A stretch of 43,753 nt of DNA from positions 1-43,753 of IMG/VR virus record IMGVR_UViG_3300010362_000038. One strand, 5' to 3'. Source of the stretch: a virus. Its lineage: Duplodnaviria; Caudoviricetes. Below, in pieces: positions 27,971 through 37,088 of this stretch (position 1 is the stretch's first letter; every line of letters begins with the position of its first letter). The translations under genes and the position numbers were made by a program. Below the pieces are notes generated by a model, which worked only from the letters and a program-made list of their open reading frames with translations, was not told the origin of the DNA and ran no database searches.

Positions 27971-28024
27971 CGCTGCAATCCTCTCTCGGTATGGTCCAAC
28001 CGCTTTGCGGTTAAGCCATACGTA

Positions 28025-28813
28025 TTACTGTCCCTTTGGCGCCCTTGCGTACGCCCAGAGACTGGCATCACTCCCATCGCCGACAGTGCCCCCATTAGGC
28101 TGGGCCGCTGTGGCCTTTGAAAGTGACGGCGGAAGCTTCACTGCTCCTGGCTTTCCGGCAGCACCCGCGCGGACTTTCTCCAGCATACTCGCTTGGAACT
28201 TAGGATCAGCGAGTTGCTGTTCGAGTCGTGCATTGAACCAGGCCTCTGGATCAGCCCCAACCGTACTCAAGATCGATTGGTTCTGATACCACTTGACCGC
28301 CGCGTCGTAGCGGTTTGGCGCCTGCACAACTCTCTCATAGTCCACCGGATCGAGAGTCTGATTGTTCATCGCCTCGAGAAAGGCTTCCTCAGCTTTACTA
28401 ACCGCATCAGGAGTATGGACGCTTTCCGCGACCATTCTGCCCATTGCCATAAGCTGTTGCTGTGTCTGCTGAGCAAATGGCGCAAGCGCACGAACAATCA
28501 ACTCGTTCGTAGCCTGATCGGGGTTATCGTAGAAGTTCGTCGGCTTCGCCGCTGGCTGTTGAGCCGTGAGCTGGCGGACGTGCTCCTCGAGTTGTCGCAA
28601 TCGATCCTCCGCAGCCCTGCGCGCATCGGCCTCTTCTCGAAGCCGCCACGCTGGGATACCCGGCTCCATTGGAGCCTGTTGTTGAGGTTCCGGCGCTGCC
28701 GGTTCCTCTGGAGGGACTGCTGCCGGTTCAACTTGCTGCTCGGGCTCCGGCCGCGCCGGAGGTGCGAGAGCCTGCTGAAACAACTCTTGCTGGGTAGCCT
28801 GTTCTTCTGCCAT
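28025..28813 (-). CDS. Capsid scaffolding protein
   Basis: Acidic/Pro-rich N-terminus, IP.WRLREE coiled coil, LPPSLS; located upstream of the MCP. Confidence 0.8.
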   Translation of the reverse strand: MAEEQATQQELFQQALAPPARPEPEQQVEPAAVPPEEPAAPEPQQQAPMEPGIPAWRLREEADARRAAEDRLRQLEEHVRQLTAQQPAAKPTNFYDNPDQATNELIVRALAPFAQQTQQQLMAMGRMVAESVHTPDAVSKAEEAFLEAMNNQTLDPVDYERVVQAPNRYDAAVKWYQNQSILSTVGADPEAWFNARLEQQLADPKFQASMLEKVRAGAAGKPGAVKLPPSLSKATAAQPNGGTVGDGSDASLWAYARAPKGQ

Positions 28814-28905
28814 TGTACCTATCCTTCCGTAGTGTCGTTACGGTGACGAAGGCCAACTATCGTATGGCCGTCACGGAGAGTCCGTATCGTGGACTCATAC
28901 GCAGT

Positions 28906-29100
28906 TCATTTACCTCGGTATCCTCCGGGTCGGAGCCGAGCCAGCGTTTGGGCAAATCGTGCCCGCTGCCCAAGCTTGCCTCCAGCATGAGCCGCCTTGG
29001 CGATCTTGCTCGCCGGTATCTTCTGTCCCTCTGGTACCCCCAATTCCCTATGGAGTGCTCCAGGGTGCTTGATTGCGCCCGCGATGAAGTTTTTCGCCAT
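28906..29100 (-). CDS. Small basic phage protein
   Basis: FIAGAIKHPGALH..LGVP.G.KIP..K...RAR.A.TL. Confidence 0.75.
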   Translation of the reverse strand: MAKNFIAGAIKHPGALHRELGVPEGQKIPASKIAKAAHAGGKLGQRARFAQTLARLRPGGYRGK

Positions 29101-29312
29101 TATCGCCTCCTATAATCCCCAGGTCGCAGATTATTCAACCCGCCACGGCGCCTCGGCGCTACATCCGGACCGTCCTGAGGCCTTCCACCTCCAGCCCTTC
29201 GCTGTACACTCAGCGCAATCGCAATCGCCTGCTTCCGGGGCTTTCCGGCTGCGATCTCCCTCTCGATATTCGGTCCCACCGCAGCCTTACTTGGACTTTT
29301 GATTAGTGGCAT
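29100..29312 (-). CDS. Small basic phage protein
   Basis: MPL.KS.SK.AV..NI..EI.AGKP.KQAIAIALS; AGGAGG RBS. Confidence 0.75.
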   Translation of the reverse strand: MPLIKSPSKAAVGPNIEREIAAGKPRKQAIAIALSVQRRAGGGRPQDGPDVAPRRRGGLNNLRPGDYRRR

Positions 29313-31347
29313 TTCGCCCTCCTGCGCCATTCTGTCGCTGTTGTCGCATAGTCAACTCGTGCTTCTGTTGAGTGTGCATCATCTGCTGTGCATTCTTGGC
29401 CGCGTTCATAGCGAGGCCCATATTGGCCTTCTGCTGATCGGCCCTCAACTTCGAGGCCTGTGTAGCCGCCCCAATCTGGGCCTTCACCACATCGCCCTGG
29501 ACCTTCGCAGCCGTTTCAGCCTGCTTCATCTGATGCTGCTGCACAGCCATAGCCGAGTCCATCCGCCTCTCGATGATCCCGTGCGCGCCGCCCTGGGCCG
29601 TTTCGACAGCTTTGGCCTGATTGAGCTGGGCCTTCGACTGCGACTCAGCTACCTTCGCTTGTGCGGCCTGAAGTTCGAGCGCCTGCGTCTGCATCTGGAT
29701 CGGATTTGGTGCCTCAAGTATCCCCAACAGCTTCTTCTTAACACTCGCCTGCAGCGGAGCCAGCTCCAGCAGGATCTGAGGTGGAATATTGGCCCCCTGG
29801 GCCGTGAGCGCCACGAGTGTGTCGTAGGCATCGGCCATCATGTTCACTTCATCTGGACCTTCATCCAGCATGAAGTTCACGTCCAGCTGTCCTACCGCAT
29901 TTATCATCCTCGGCAAGCCTGTGCGCGGATCAATTCCCACTCCGTTTAACATAACAGCCTGCGGCAAGCCCTCCGAGTCGGTGACCCTGATCCACCGCTC
30001 CGCAGTCCAGTACCGCTGCACCGCAGCCCAAATCGCCCGATAAATCCTGAGCTTCCAATTCTTCACTCCGATCACAAACGGCCCCAGCTCGGCAAACCCC
30101 GCCTGCTGGAGCAGGTTTATTGCCCTCCCAGATTTATATTCGAGCCCCTGCCCTATCAGGGCCGGATTTGGTCCAAAGTTCTCAATCTCAGCTTTGGCGT
30201 CCTCAAGGAACTTCAACTGGCCTTCGACGTTGGCGATCCTTGCCTGATCGTCGAACTCCATCTCGAAGCCCTTGTTGTAGATAACAACGCCATCTGGCCG
30301 TACAGCTTCACGTCGTGCAATCTCGATGTCGCTAAAAGCACCGTCCTCAGCTTTGATCCGCCTCGAATTAAGTTCATGAAGTCCTTTTGAACGTCGCTGG
30401 TTAATCTCATCTTGAGACGATCGAAGATTCCTAACGAAGCCATAGCGATCTCCCTCGTGATCCACAAAACTTGAGAACATAATATACTTGCAGATCGGGT
30501 TCCCGGCCTCATCGTAGAACAGACTCTTTCCCTCCATAAGGATTGCAGATCCAGTGAAGATGGTATAGCACCATCCGCCCCTGTGCTTGTAATAGATATC
30601 CACTACCCTTACCCGCTTGTAGTCCGGGTTTACATCGAACCAGCGCTTTTCCCTGTCCGGGTTAGAAGTCAAGTCCGAGCCGCGCTCCAACGAGGCCTCA
30701 AGGATATCTGCACTATCCGGGAACAGGTTCTGCGCATCCTCAAGATCAAGCCACTTTCCTTGCCCCATGTATCGAGCATCACTGAAGTCGTGCATATACG
30801 AGCGTGGATCGTAGAAGAAACTATCACCGATGACCAGGGCAAAACCGATCTCATTGTCTCCTACATCACCTTGTTCCAGTGTTAACTCGATTCCACCATA
30901 ACCGTCAACGGCGGCCTGATCGATCGCGAAGGGGAACAAGTCGCTCCTCAACTCCGACTCCACTACATATCGCACCACACTCGTCGCCAGCTCGGCCGCG
31001 TTTTCGTCTGTAGTTCGCGGATTTCGTGGATAGGCTTTTGGGTCCTGTTTCTGTCTCTCCATCAGCCCAATCACTGAGTCGATCTTCCGCCCAATCCGAT
31101 TATATGTCACTACAGGCTGTCGTCGCCTATTGAACGTCTCCACTTGACCAGTAGTCCACTGTGCCCCATGCCTATAGGCCCTCGCATTCTGCTGTTCCTC
31201 GATCTCGAGCCGCTTCGATCCCACGTAGTCCATATACGCTCGTTTACACTTTGCAAGCGACCAATAACCCTGATCCTCATCGTCAGCCGAGGAGGTCATC
31301 CTGTTGGGCGGAATAACTGACGAAGAGTAGCCTGGATTTATCGCCAT
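29287..31347 (-). CDS. Portal protein (P22-like)
   Basis: G.QW, P.VT.N.I..K, RYG.VR.L.S.QDE.N.R.SK, SGRAI..QQ, C-terminal Gln/Ala barrel helix. Confidence 0.9.
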   Translation of the reverse strand: MAINPGYSSSVIPPNRMTSSADDEDQGYWSLAKCKRAYMDYVGSKRLEIEEQQNARAYRHGAQWTTGQVETFNRRRQPVVTYNRIGRKIDSVIGLMERQKQDPKAYPRNPRTTDENAAELATSVVRYVVESELRSDLFPFAIDQAAVDGYGGIELTLEQGDVGDNEIGFALVIGDSFFYDPRSYMHDFSDARYMGQGKWLDLEDAQNLFPDSADILEASLERGSDLTSNPDREKRWFDVNPDYKRVRVVDIYYKHRGGWCYTIFTGSAILMEGKSLFYDEAGNPICKYIMFSSFVDHEGDRYGFVRNLRSSQDEINQRRSKGLHELNSRRIKAEDGAFSDIEIARREAVRPDGVVIYNKGFEMEFDDQARIANVEGQLKFLEDAKAEIENFGPNPALIGQGLEYKSGRAINLLQQAGFAELGPFVIGVKNWKLRIYRAIWAAVQRYWTAERWIRVTDSEGLPQAVMLNGVGIDPRTGLPRMINAVGQLDVNFMLDEGPDEVNMMADAYDTLVALTAQGANIPPQILLELAPLQASVKKKLLGILEAPNPIQMQTQALELQAAQAKVAESQSKAQLNQAKAVETAQGGAHGIIERRMDSAMAVQQHQMKQAETAAKVQGDVVKAQIGAATQASKLRADQQKANMGLAMNAAKNAQQMMHTQQKHELTMRQQRQNGAGGRNATNQKSK

Positions 31348-34300
31348 CTTCGCGTTCCCATAACCAGTCGGCCCTGGCGTCCTTTAGATGCTCTAATTCC
31401 ATAATCAGAGTCCAGACTTCTTCCAATCGGGAAGTCGTAGAATATCACCTCAGCCCTCGGGAATGGAGCAGGGAATGCCTCCATTCGGCCATTACCAAAG
31501 AAGTTGGCTCCAACCACCATATTCAGATTGGCATATGGTAGTAATCCACCCTGGCCACTGAAGGTAGCCTGCATCGTTATCAGTGCTGCAGGCCTTATAC
31601 TGATATCAGCACTAAGCGCCCCAAGACCGCTAAAGCGGCTGTCAACCTTCATCTTCAGGTTGGCATACGGGCTGAGTCCACCTAAACCACCATAGGTAGC
31701 TTGCACACTCAATCTGAAGGTTGACAGTGCACTCAGTACACCAATGCCGCCGAAGGTTGCCTGCGCGGCCATCTTCGCCACTGTCGCGGCACTCAGTGTC
31801 CCAGTGCCCGCGAACGTGGCCTGTGCAGTGAATACATTCGCTCCAGTGACGCGAAGGGCATCACCACTCAGCGCGCCAACACCGTTGAAGGTGGCATTGA
31901 CCACCATCGACAGGTTGGCAAGTGTCGATAGCCCGCCAGCGCCACTAAATGTAGCAGAAGCAACTAGATTGTTAACTATAAGGGCACTCAGTGTACCTGA
32001 GCCATTAAACGTGGCCCTTGCAACGACCCCCAGGAAACCGGCAGCACTGAGTGATCCGGCCCCCTGGAAGGTCGCGGCGGCAGGCATCCGCAGGAACGGT
32101 GCGGCGGACAGTCCGCTCGATCCAGCGAGAGTGGCTGCTACAGTATTAACCAGCGAAGCGGAGGCACTCAATCCACCAGCGCCGTTGAACGTGGCCTGAA
32201 GTGGAACCGCAGCACCGACCTTCGTCAGATCGGCCGCCATGCCGCCAGTGCCATTATAGGTCACTGAGACCGACATTGCCAGGTTGGCGAGTGCACTGAG
32301 CGTACTTCCACCAACAAGGGTCGCCGTCGCTGATAGACTGAGCTGCGATACAGCACTCAGTGATCCGGCCCCGCCGAAGGTGGCTTGAGCCGTCATCACC
32401 TGCACTGAAGTAGCACTCAGCGATCCCGAACCCTGGAATGTCGCCGCCACACCGCGCACGGCCTGGGCATCAGCACTCAGCGACCCGGTCCCGCTGAAGA
32501 TCGCCGATATCGAGTGCTTTTGAGATAGCGTCGCACTCAGTGATCCAGTCCCATCGAACTCCACACTCACTGGCATCAACAGCCGTGAGAGAACAGACAG
32601 TGAACCCGCTCCAGCGAGGCTCGCGGAAACCGTCGCAAGCAGGTTCACTGTTGCTGACAGGCCACTACCGCCGGTGAGGTTGGCCTGGGCAGCCATAATA
32701 GCCGTTGTGGCCGCACTCAATCCGCCTGCACCCTGGAAGGTAGCCTGTGCAGTCCAGTTGGTAATTACCCCTGGAATAAACGCGTCGCCGCTCAGTGAGC
32801 CCACACCATTGAAAGTTGCCCTAACGGGCATAAGTAACTGAGGCTGTACACTCAGCGTACTGGAACCATTCAAAGTAGCCGCGGCCGGTCGAGAAATTCT
32901 TCCATCAGCACTCAGGCTACCAACGCCATCGAACTCTGCATCGGTATCCATCCGTAGATTTGCGGTGACCTGTATCGAGCCTGTGCCACCAAAAGTGGCC
33001 CTCGCGAACCAGAATACATCCGAGTCGGCGCTCAGGCTGCCAGCACCCTGGAATGTTGCCGCCACGCTGAAAGTCATATTCGGCGAGGCACTCAGCCCGC
33101 CTACGCCACTAAATGTGGCCCTCGAAGTCAGAATTAAATCGCCGTCCGCACTGAGTGTACCAGACCCGTTTAATGTTGCCTGTGCTGTCCAGGTTGTCGT
33201 TCCGACAACCCTCAAAGCATCACCACTCAGCGAACCAGCGCCCGCAAAGGTTGCCTGCGCGAAGATCACTCTCATCGCAGCGGCGCTCATAGAGCCCGCA
33301 CCCGCGAAGGTGGCCGCCACGACCATCTTCTGATCGAGATCAGCACTCAGCGCGCCCGCGCCTGGCAGAGTTGCTTGTGCCGTGGCGGGCTTCAGATTGG
33401 CACTGACCGACAGTGTGCTGGCTCCGGACAGGGTGCCCTGCACTGCCATCTTCATCCCGGCCGAGCCAGACAACGCTCCGACACCACTGTATGTCGATTG
33501 TGCAGTTATCGGAACTGCGGCGCCCGAATAGGTAAGAACGAGGATACCACCGCCAGCGCTGCCAGCCGTGCGCGTGCTGCCAGTATTGCGCATACCGCCA
33601 CTGGAGCCACCGCCGCCACCATAGCTACCGCCGTTGCCGCCCGTCGTAGTGGCTGCAGTATTGTTGGAGTTGCCACCCGCCCCGCCGCCTCCACCACCAG
33701 CACCTGCTGAGGTGCCGTCGTTTGGACCACCACTGTTATCGGTCCAGTCAGTTGCATTGCCGAGTGAACCACCCGCACCAGCGGTCGAGCCTACACCAGC
33801 CGTCGAGGAGCCGTTGCCGCCGCCGCCACCACTACCATCCGCACCAGCGCCGCCAGTTGCGCCTCCAGCGCCACCAGCTGTGCCAGCCGTATTGGCACCG
33901 CCTGCGCCACCTGTCGTGCTCGCGCCCGCGCTTGAACCGGCAGTAGACGATCCGCCATCCGAGCCACCACCGCCACCACCACCGCTCGGGCCGGTAGTGC
34001 CGCCCGCTCCACCAGCCTTGCCAGTGCCATCTGGTCCGCCAGAGCCGCCACCAGCACCACCACCTGTGCCGCCACCGGCAGAGGCACCACCAGAGGTACC
34101 CCCAGCGTTGCTCGTGGTTACGGTATAAGTGACTCCTGGTGAGCCAACATTCGACGCACTAGCGCCGCCGATGCCGCCACCGAATGACGGGCTGCCGATG
34201 GCCGTGCCGCCACACTGCACTTCATTGCCGTTGGCTGCGCCGGTGCCAGAGGCCGGTGCTTCTTGCCAAATGGTGCTGTCGCTGGTGGTGGCGTTAGGGT

Positions 34301-34553
34301 TGTTGGTAGTGGCGTTATGCGAGCCAACGCGGAATGGCGTTGTTGAGCCTACCGCACCCGAACTATAGGTGAACTTGCCATAGGCTCCAGCGCCACCACC
34401 TCCAGGACCGCGCCCACTGGTGCCGGTCGATCCGAGTGCGCCGTCGCCGCCGCAGCCAATACCCTCGACCGTATGTCCAGCATCTGCCCAGTCGCCGGGA
34501 CGGGAAAATGGCGAGGTTGCAGCACTGGTAATCAATACGATCTTAGTTGTCAC
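31338..34553 (-). CDS. Large fibre-like protein: Gly-rich N-domain + ~33 tandem ~21-aa repeats
   Basis: 1071 aa; repeat core AT(F/L)xGxGxLSA. Confidence 0.8.
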   Translation of the reverse strand: MTTKIVLITSAATSPFSRPGDWADAGHTVEGIGCGGDGALGSTGTSGRGPGGGGAGAYGKFTYSSGAVGSTTPFRVGSHNATTNNPNATTSDSTIWQEAPASGTGAANGNEVQCGGTAIGSPSFGGGIGGASASNVGSPGVTYTVTTSNAGGTSGGASAGGGTGGGAGGGSGGPDGTGKAGGAGGTTGPSGGGGGGGSDGGSSTAGSSAGASTTGGAGGANTAGTAGGAGGATGGAGADGSGGGGGNGSSTAGVGSTAGAGGSLGNATDWTDNSGGPNDGTSAGAGGGGGGAGGNSNNTAATTTGGNGGSYGGGGGSSGGMRNTGSTRTAGSAGGGILVLTYSGAAVPITAQSTYSGVGALSGSAGMKMAVQGTLSGASTLSVSANLKPATAQATLPGAGALSADLDQKMVVAATFAGAGSMSAAAMRVIFAQATFAGAGSLSGDALRVVGTTTWTAQATLNGSGTLSADGDLILTSRATFSGVGGLSASPNMTFSVAATFQGAGSLSADSDVFWFARATFGGTGSIQVTANLRMDTDAEFDGVGSLSADGRISRPAAATLNGSSTLSVQPQLLMPVRATFNGVGSLSGDAFIPGVITNWTAQATFQGAGGLSAATTAIMAAQANLTGGSGLSATVNLLATVSASLAGAGSLSVLSRLLMPVSVEFDGTGSLSATLSQKHSISAIFSGTGSLSADAQAVRGVAATFQGSGSLSATSVQVMTAQATFGGAGSLSAVSQLSLSATATLVGGSTLSALANLAMSVSVTYNGTGGMAADLTKVGAAVPLQATFNGAGGLSASASLVNTVAATLAGSSGLSAAPFLRMPAAATFQGAGSLSAAGFLGVVARATFNGSGTLSALIVNNLVASATFSGAGGLSTLANLSMVVNATFNGVGALSGDALRVTGANVFTAQATFAGTGTLSAATVAKMAAQATFGGIGVLSALSTFRLSVQATYGGLGGLSPYANLKMKVDSRFSGLGALSADISIRPAALITMQATFSGQGGLLPYANLNMVVGANFFGNGRMEAFPAPFPRAEVIFYDFPIGRSLDSDYGIRASKGRQGRLVMGTRRWR
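31470..33510 (-). repeat. Coding tandem repeat array (~33 units)
   Basis: Counted by eye in the translation; recurrent GCACTCAG/GCACTGAG on the + strand; boundaries approximate. Confidence 0.85.
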
Positions 34554-34944
34554 TTATCCCCCATTTCTGGGGCTGTTGCCACCACCAATCAGGGAGATTA
34601 TGCGCGTTTTCTATTCGAGGCAAAATCTTCTCCTCGAAATACTTCTTAGCTTCCCGGGTCCCCCATCGTCTTAACGGCTCTGGCCAAATAGACACAGCCA
34701 CGTGTATCTCAGCAGCCCCAACTGTCCACGGCCACCATCCAGAGGGCAATGGAAACGGTACCTTTACCCTTGGCACAACAAACAGCCTTTCGCCCGGACA
34801 AACGTCCGCTGCGAATGTCCAAGGCTCATCAGTGCAGACTACCCTCACACCACCACCTACAGGTAATGCTGGATTAGCCCCACGGTGCTTCTCACTCTCC
34901 AGAATACCCGCGACAAACAACCACTTTTTCGCGGGTACGCTCAC
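34543..34944 (-). CDS. Hypothetical Trp/Pro-rich protein
   Basis: Overlaps both neighbours in the operon. Confidence 0.55.
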   Translation of the reverse strand: MSVPAKKWLFVAGILESEKHRGANPALPVGGGVRVVCTDEPWTFAADVCPGERLFVVPRVKVPFPLPSGWWPWTVGAAEIHVAVSIWPEPLRRWGTREAKKYFEEKILPRIENAHNLPDWWWQQPQKWGISDN

Positions 34945-35336
34945 GACAGCGTAACTATCAACGAACCAGGGTTAAATACCATCGAATCGCCTGCGAGCGG
35001 CGTTCTCGCGGTCAACAGGGTGCCATACCACCAGATATTTCCGCTGTTGATACTGATGGTATCGTAGATCAGACATCCCTGAATCGTGGCCGTGGTCGAG
35101 AACGGCCCGAACGTGATCGAGTTTGTGTTCGAGGCACTTCCTGCGGGCGAAGCAGCCGCGGCCGGTTGTATAGTGGCCCGCACGTAGCCGCTGTTCGAGG
35201 CCATTTCACTTCCGGAGACGGAAGTTGGGGTCCCAATCGACAAGGCTATGAGCCTCGAAGAAGGCTGCGTTACCGCCGCCCCACCGAGCACCCAGTCAAG
35301 CATAGCCTTCGCACCGAAAGCACCGATATTAGCCAT
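34941..35336 (-). CDS. Small beta-rich fibre subunit-like virion protein
   Basis: P....IAL....P.....E.....Y.R, N...ITF, YD....GN...YG.L...RT...GD...F..G.L.VTL pattern. Confidence 0.7.
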   Translation of the reverse strand: MANIGAFGAKAMLDWVLGGAAVTQPSSRLIALSIGTPTSVSGSEMASNSGYVRATIQPAAAASPAGSASNTNSITFGPFSTTATIQGCLIYDTISINSGNIWWYGTLLTARTPLAGDSMVFNPGSLIVTLS

Positions 35337-35349
35337 TGGATTTCCTTTC

Positions 35350-36222
35350 CTAGTTAACCTGAAGCTCCATCGGACTTAGAAAGGACCCGGGAGAAATGAT
35401 AAGTGTATCTCCAGATCCAACTGTGTTTACCGTACCCCACAACTCGGAAACCTTCTCTCTCCTTGCGAACATCAAGTTTATATGCATCTGTTCGCCTGGT
35501 TTCCGCCGCGATACATTACAGTTAAGCCGCGAGCCTTGGTCGACTAGCATAGGACAGCCTGGCTGTAGTATAAAACTATCGTATCCAAATATAGTCATGA
35601 ATTCTCTGATCTGCTTCTCAGAAATATTCAAATGCTGCATCAACATGAAGTTGAATTCCACTATCATACACTCAAGTCTCTGCGCAGCCAATAACTGCCT
35701 CGATCCATTCAAAATATCTGGCTCCGATCCCTCGCAATCCAGCTTAATCAACTTGGGCTTCAATGAAACGAAGGTATCCAGAGAATAAGAGGGCACTAAA
35801 ATCGGCGGGGCTGAGTTATCATACTGGACCACCACGGAGGAACTTGCTCCGTATCCGGGTACTGCACAAAAATTGATCTCGGAGTCCTCCTTCCACAGTG
35901 CTCCCGGCACAGCCGCCACGTTCTTTGCGTCATTCAACTCCAAACTCGCAATGAGATACTCATAATTGTCTGGATCGGGCTCGAATGCCAAAACATGACC
36001 CTCTGGCCCTACAAACTTCGACATTATCATCGAAGTGAGTCCCCAATTGGCTCCTCCATCGATGGCGCAGTCTCCAGGCTGCAAAAAGCGGCTCATAGCA
36101 TCGACAATATCTAATTCTATCACAACCCCATGCACCATCCTGTAGGTCGGATGCGTAGCGAGCCGGAATTCCAGCTCTTTTCCGTTAATATTCATCCCTA
36201 CAGTCACAGCGCCGTTAATCAT
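35350..36222 (-). CDS. FkbM-family (Methyltransf_21) SAM methyltransferase
   Basis: IDGGANWG, VLAFEPDP, LIKLDCEGSE..IL.G. Confidence 0.9.
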   Translation of the reverse strand: MINGAVTVGMNINGKELEFRLATHPTYRMVHGVVIELDIVDAMSRFLQPGDCAIDGGANWGLTSMIMSKFVGPEGHVLAFEPDPDNYEYLIASLELNDAKNVAAVPGALWKEDSEINFCAVPGYGASSSVVVQYDNSAPPILVPSYSLDTFVSLKPKLIKLDCEGSEPDILNGSRQLLAAQRLECMIVEFNFMLMQHLNISEKQIREFMTIFGYDSFILQPGCPMLVDQGSRLNCNVSRRKPGEQMHINLMFARREKVSELWGTVNTVGSGDTLIISPGSFLSPMELQVN

Positions 36223-36989
36223 CTTGCCACTCCCTCGTTAAAAGTGGCTCTAACTCGAGCCGCGATCTCCGGACAACTCTTTGCGAAGCCCTCCCAGATA
36301 TATTTGTTCGATCCAGCGGCGTAACTGCTCTCAGCCAGCAGTTTTGCCCTCGTTAGAAGACGATCTTCGTCTCCCTGACATCCATAATCGAAGTTATAGG
36401 CCGCATGGAAGCCGAAATGTCGGCCCTTCGGGTCTGGTCGAGTGGTTTCGAAGGCAAAGTGGATTGCGAGTGACTCTGGAGCCCACCTAAAACCCGCCCC
36501 CTCAAGCGTAATTCGATATTGTCTACACAAAAGATCATCATCGAGATCGGTAATGCAGGGAAATTGGGCCCTATTGGCCCTCAGAAATCGCATCAGCGTC
36601 GTACTTCGAAGGCAAAAGCCCCCGTTTCCGACGTTTTTTCCGTCTTTGTACCACCAGGGAGCCCCAACATAGTCGTATTCAAGAAACTCCGGCCGCCAAG
36701 CCCCTGGATCGACCACCCAACTGTCCCACTGAATGCCAAGGGCATGGGAAGTTGCCATAAAAGGGGCCACTCCCTGCCAAAAATGCCTCGACCACCCCAT
36801 CTTAGTGGGCCAGTCTTCGACCGCGTAGACACGCCTGTCGGCCCGCATAAACTGACTTGGATGATTAGTAAACACTAAAACATCGCCGAAGCGACAAAGT
36901 CGCTCGCAATCTTCGAGCGCGAGCCGAGCAAGCTCATGCTGACGGGTCTCAATCAACACTAAAGTAACATCTGGTAACTCCAGCATCAT
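36219..36989 (-). CDS. DUF5672-family glycosyltransferase-like protein
   Basis: L.L.DVTLV, IQWD.WV, FLEYDYVGAPW, VGNGGFCLRS, FGFH. Confidence 0.82.
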   Translation of the reverse strand: MMLELPDVTLVLIETRQHELARLALEDCERLCRFGDVLVFTNHPSQFMRADRRVYAVEDWPTKMGWSRHFWQGVAPFMATSHALGIQWDSWVVDPGAWRPEFLEYDYVGAPWWYKDGKNVGNGGFCLRSTTLMRFLRANRAQFPCITDLDDDLLCRQYRITLEGAGFRWAPESLAIHFAFETTRPDPKGRHFGFHAAYNFDYGCQGDEDRLLTRAKLLAESSYAAGSNKYIWEGFAKSCPEIAARVRATFNEGVAR

Positions 36990-37088
36990 TCCCTCCAGAA
37001 CCACCAGCGCTCGCGTTCTCTATCGTTATGTCTTAGGGCGATGCGCTCGGCGTCCCTTTTTGTACAATCACTACAGACGACCTCAGAC

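Noticed and set aside
31470-33510. CRISPR-like array suggested by GCACTCAG recurring every ~63 bp
   Set aside because: The repeats are short, degenerate at third codon positions and explained by the LSA peptide repeat. No cas operon is present.
33634-34128. Pro-rich + strand ORF
   Set aside because: Reverse complement of the Gly codons of the fibre gene.
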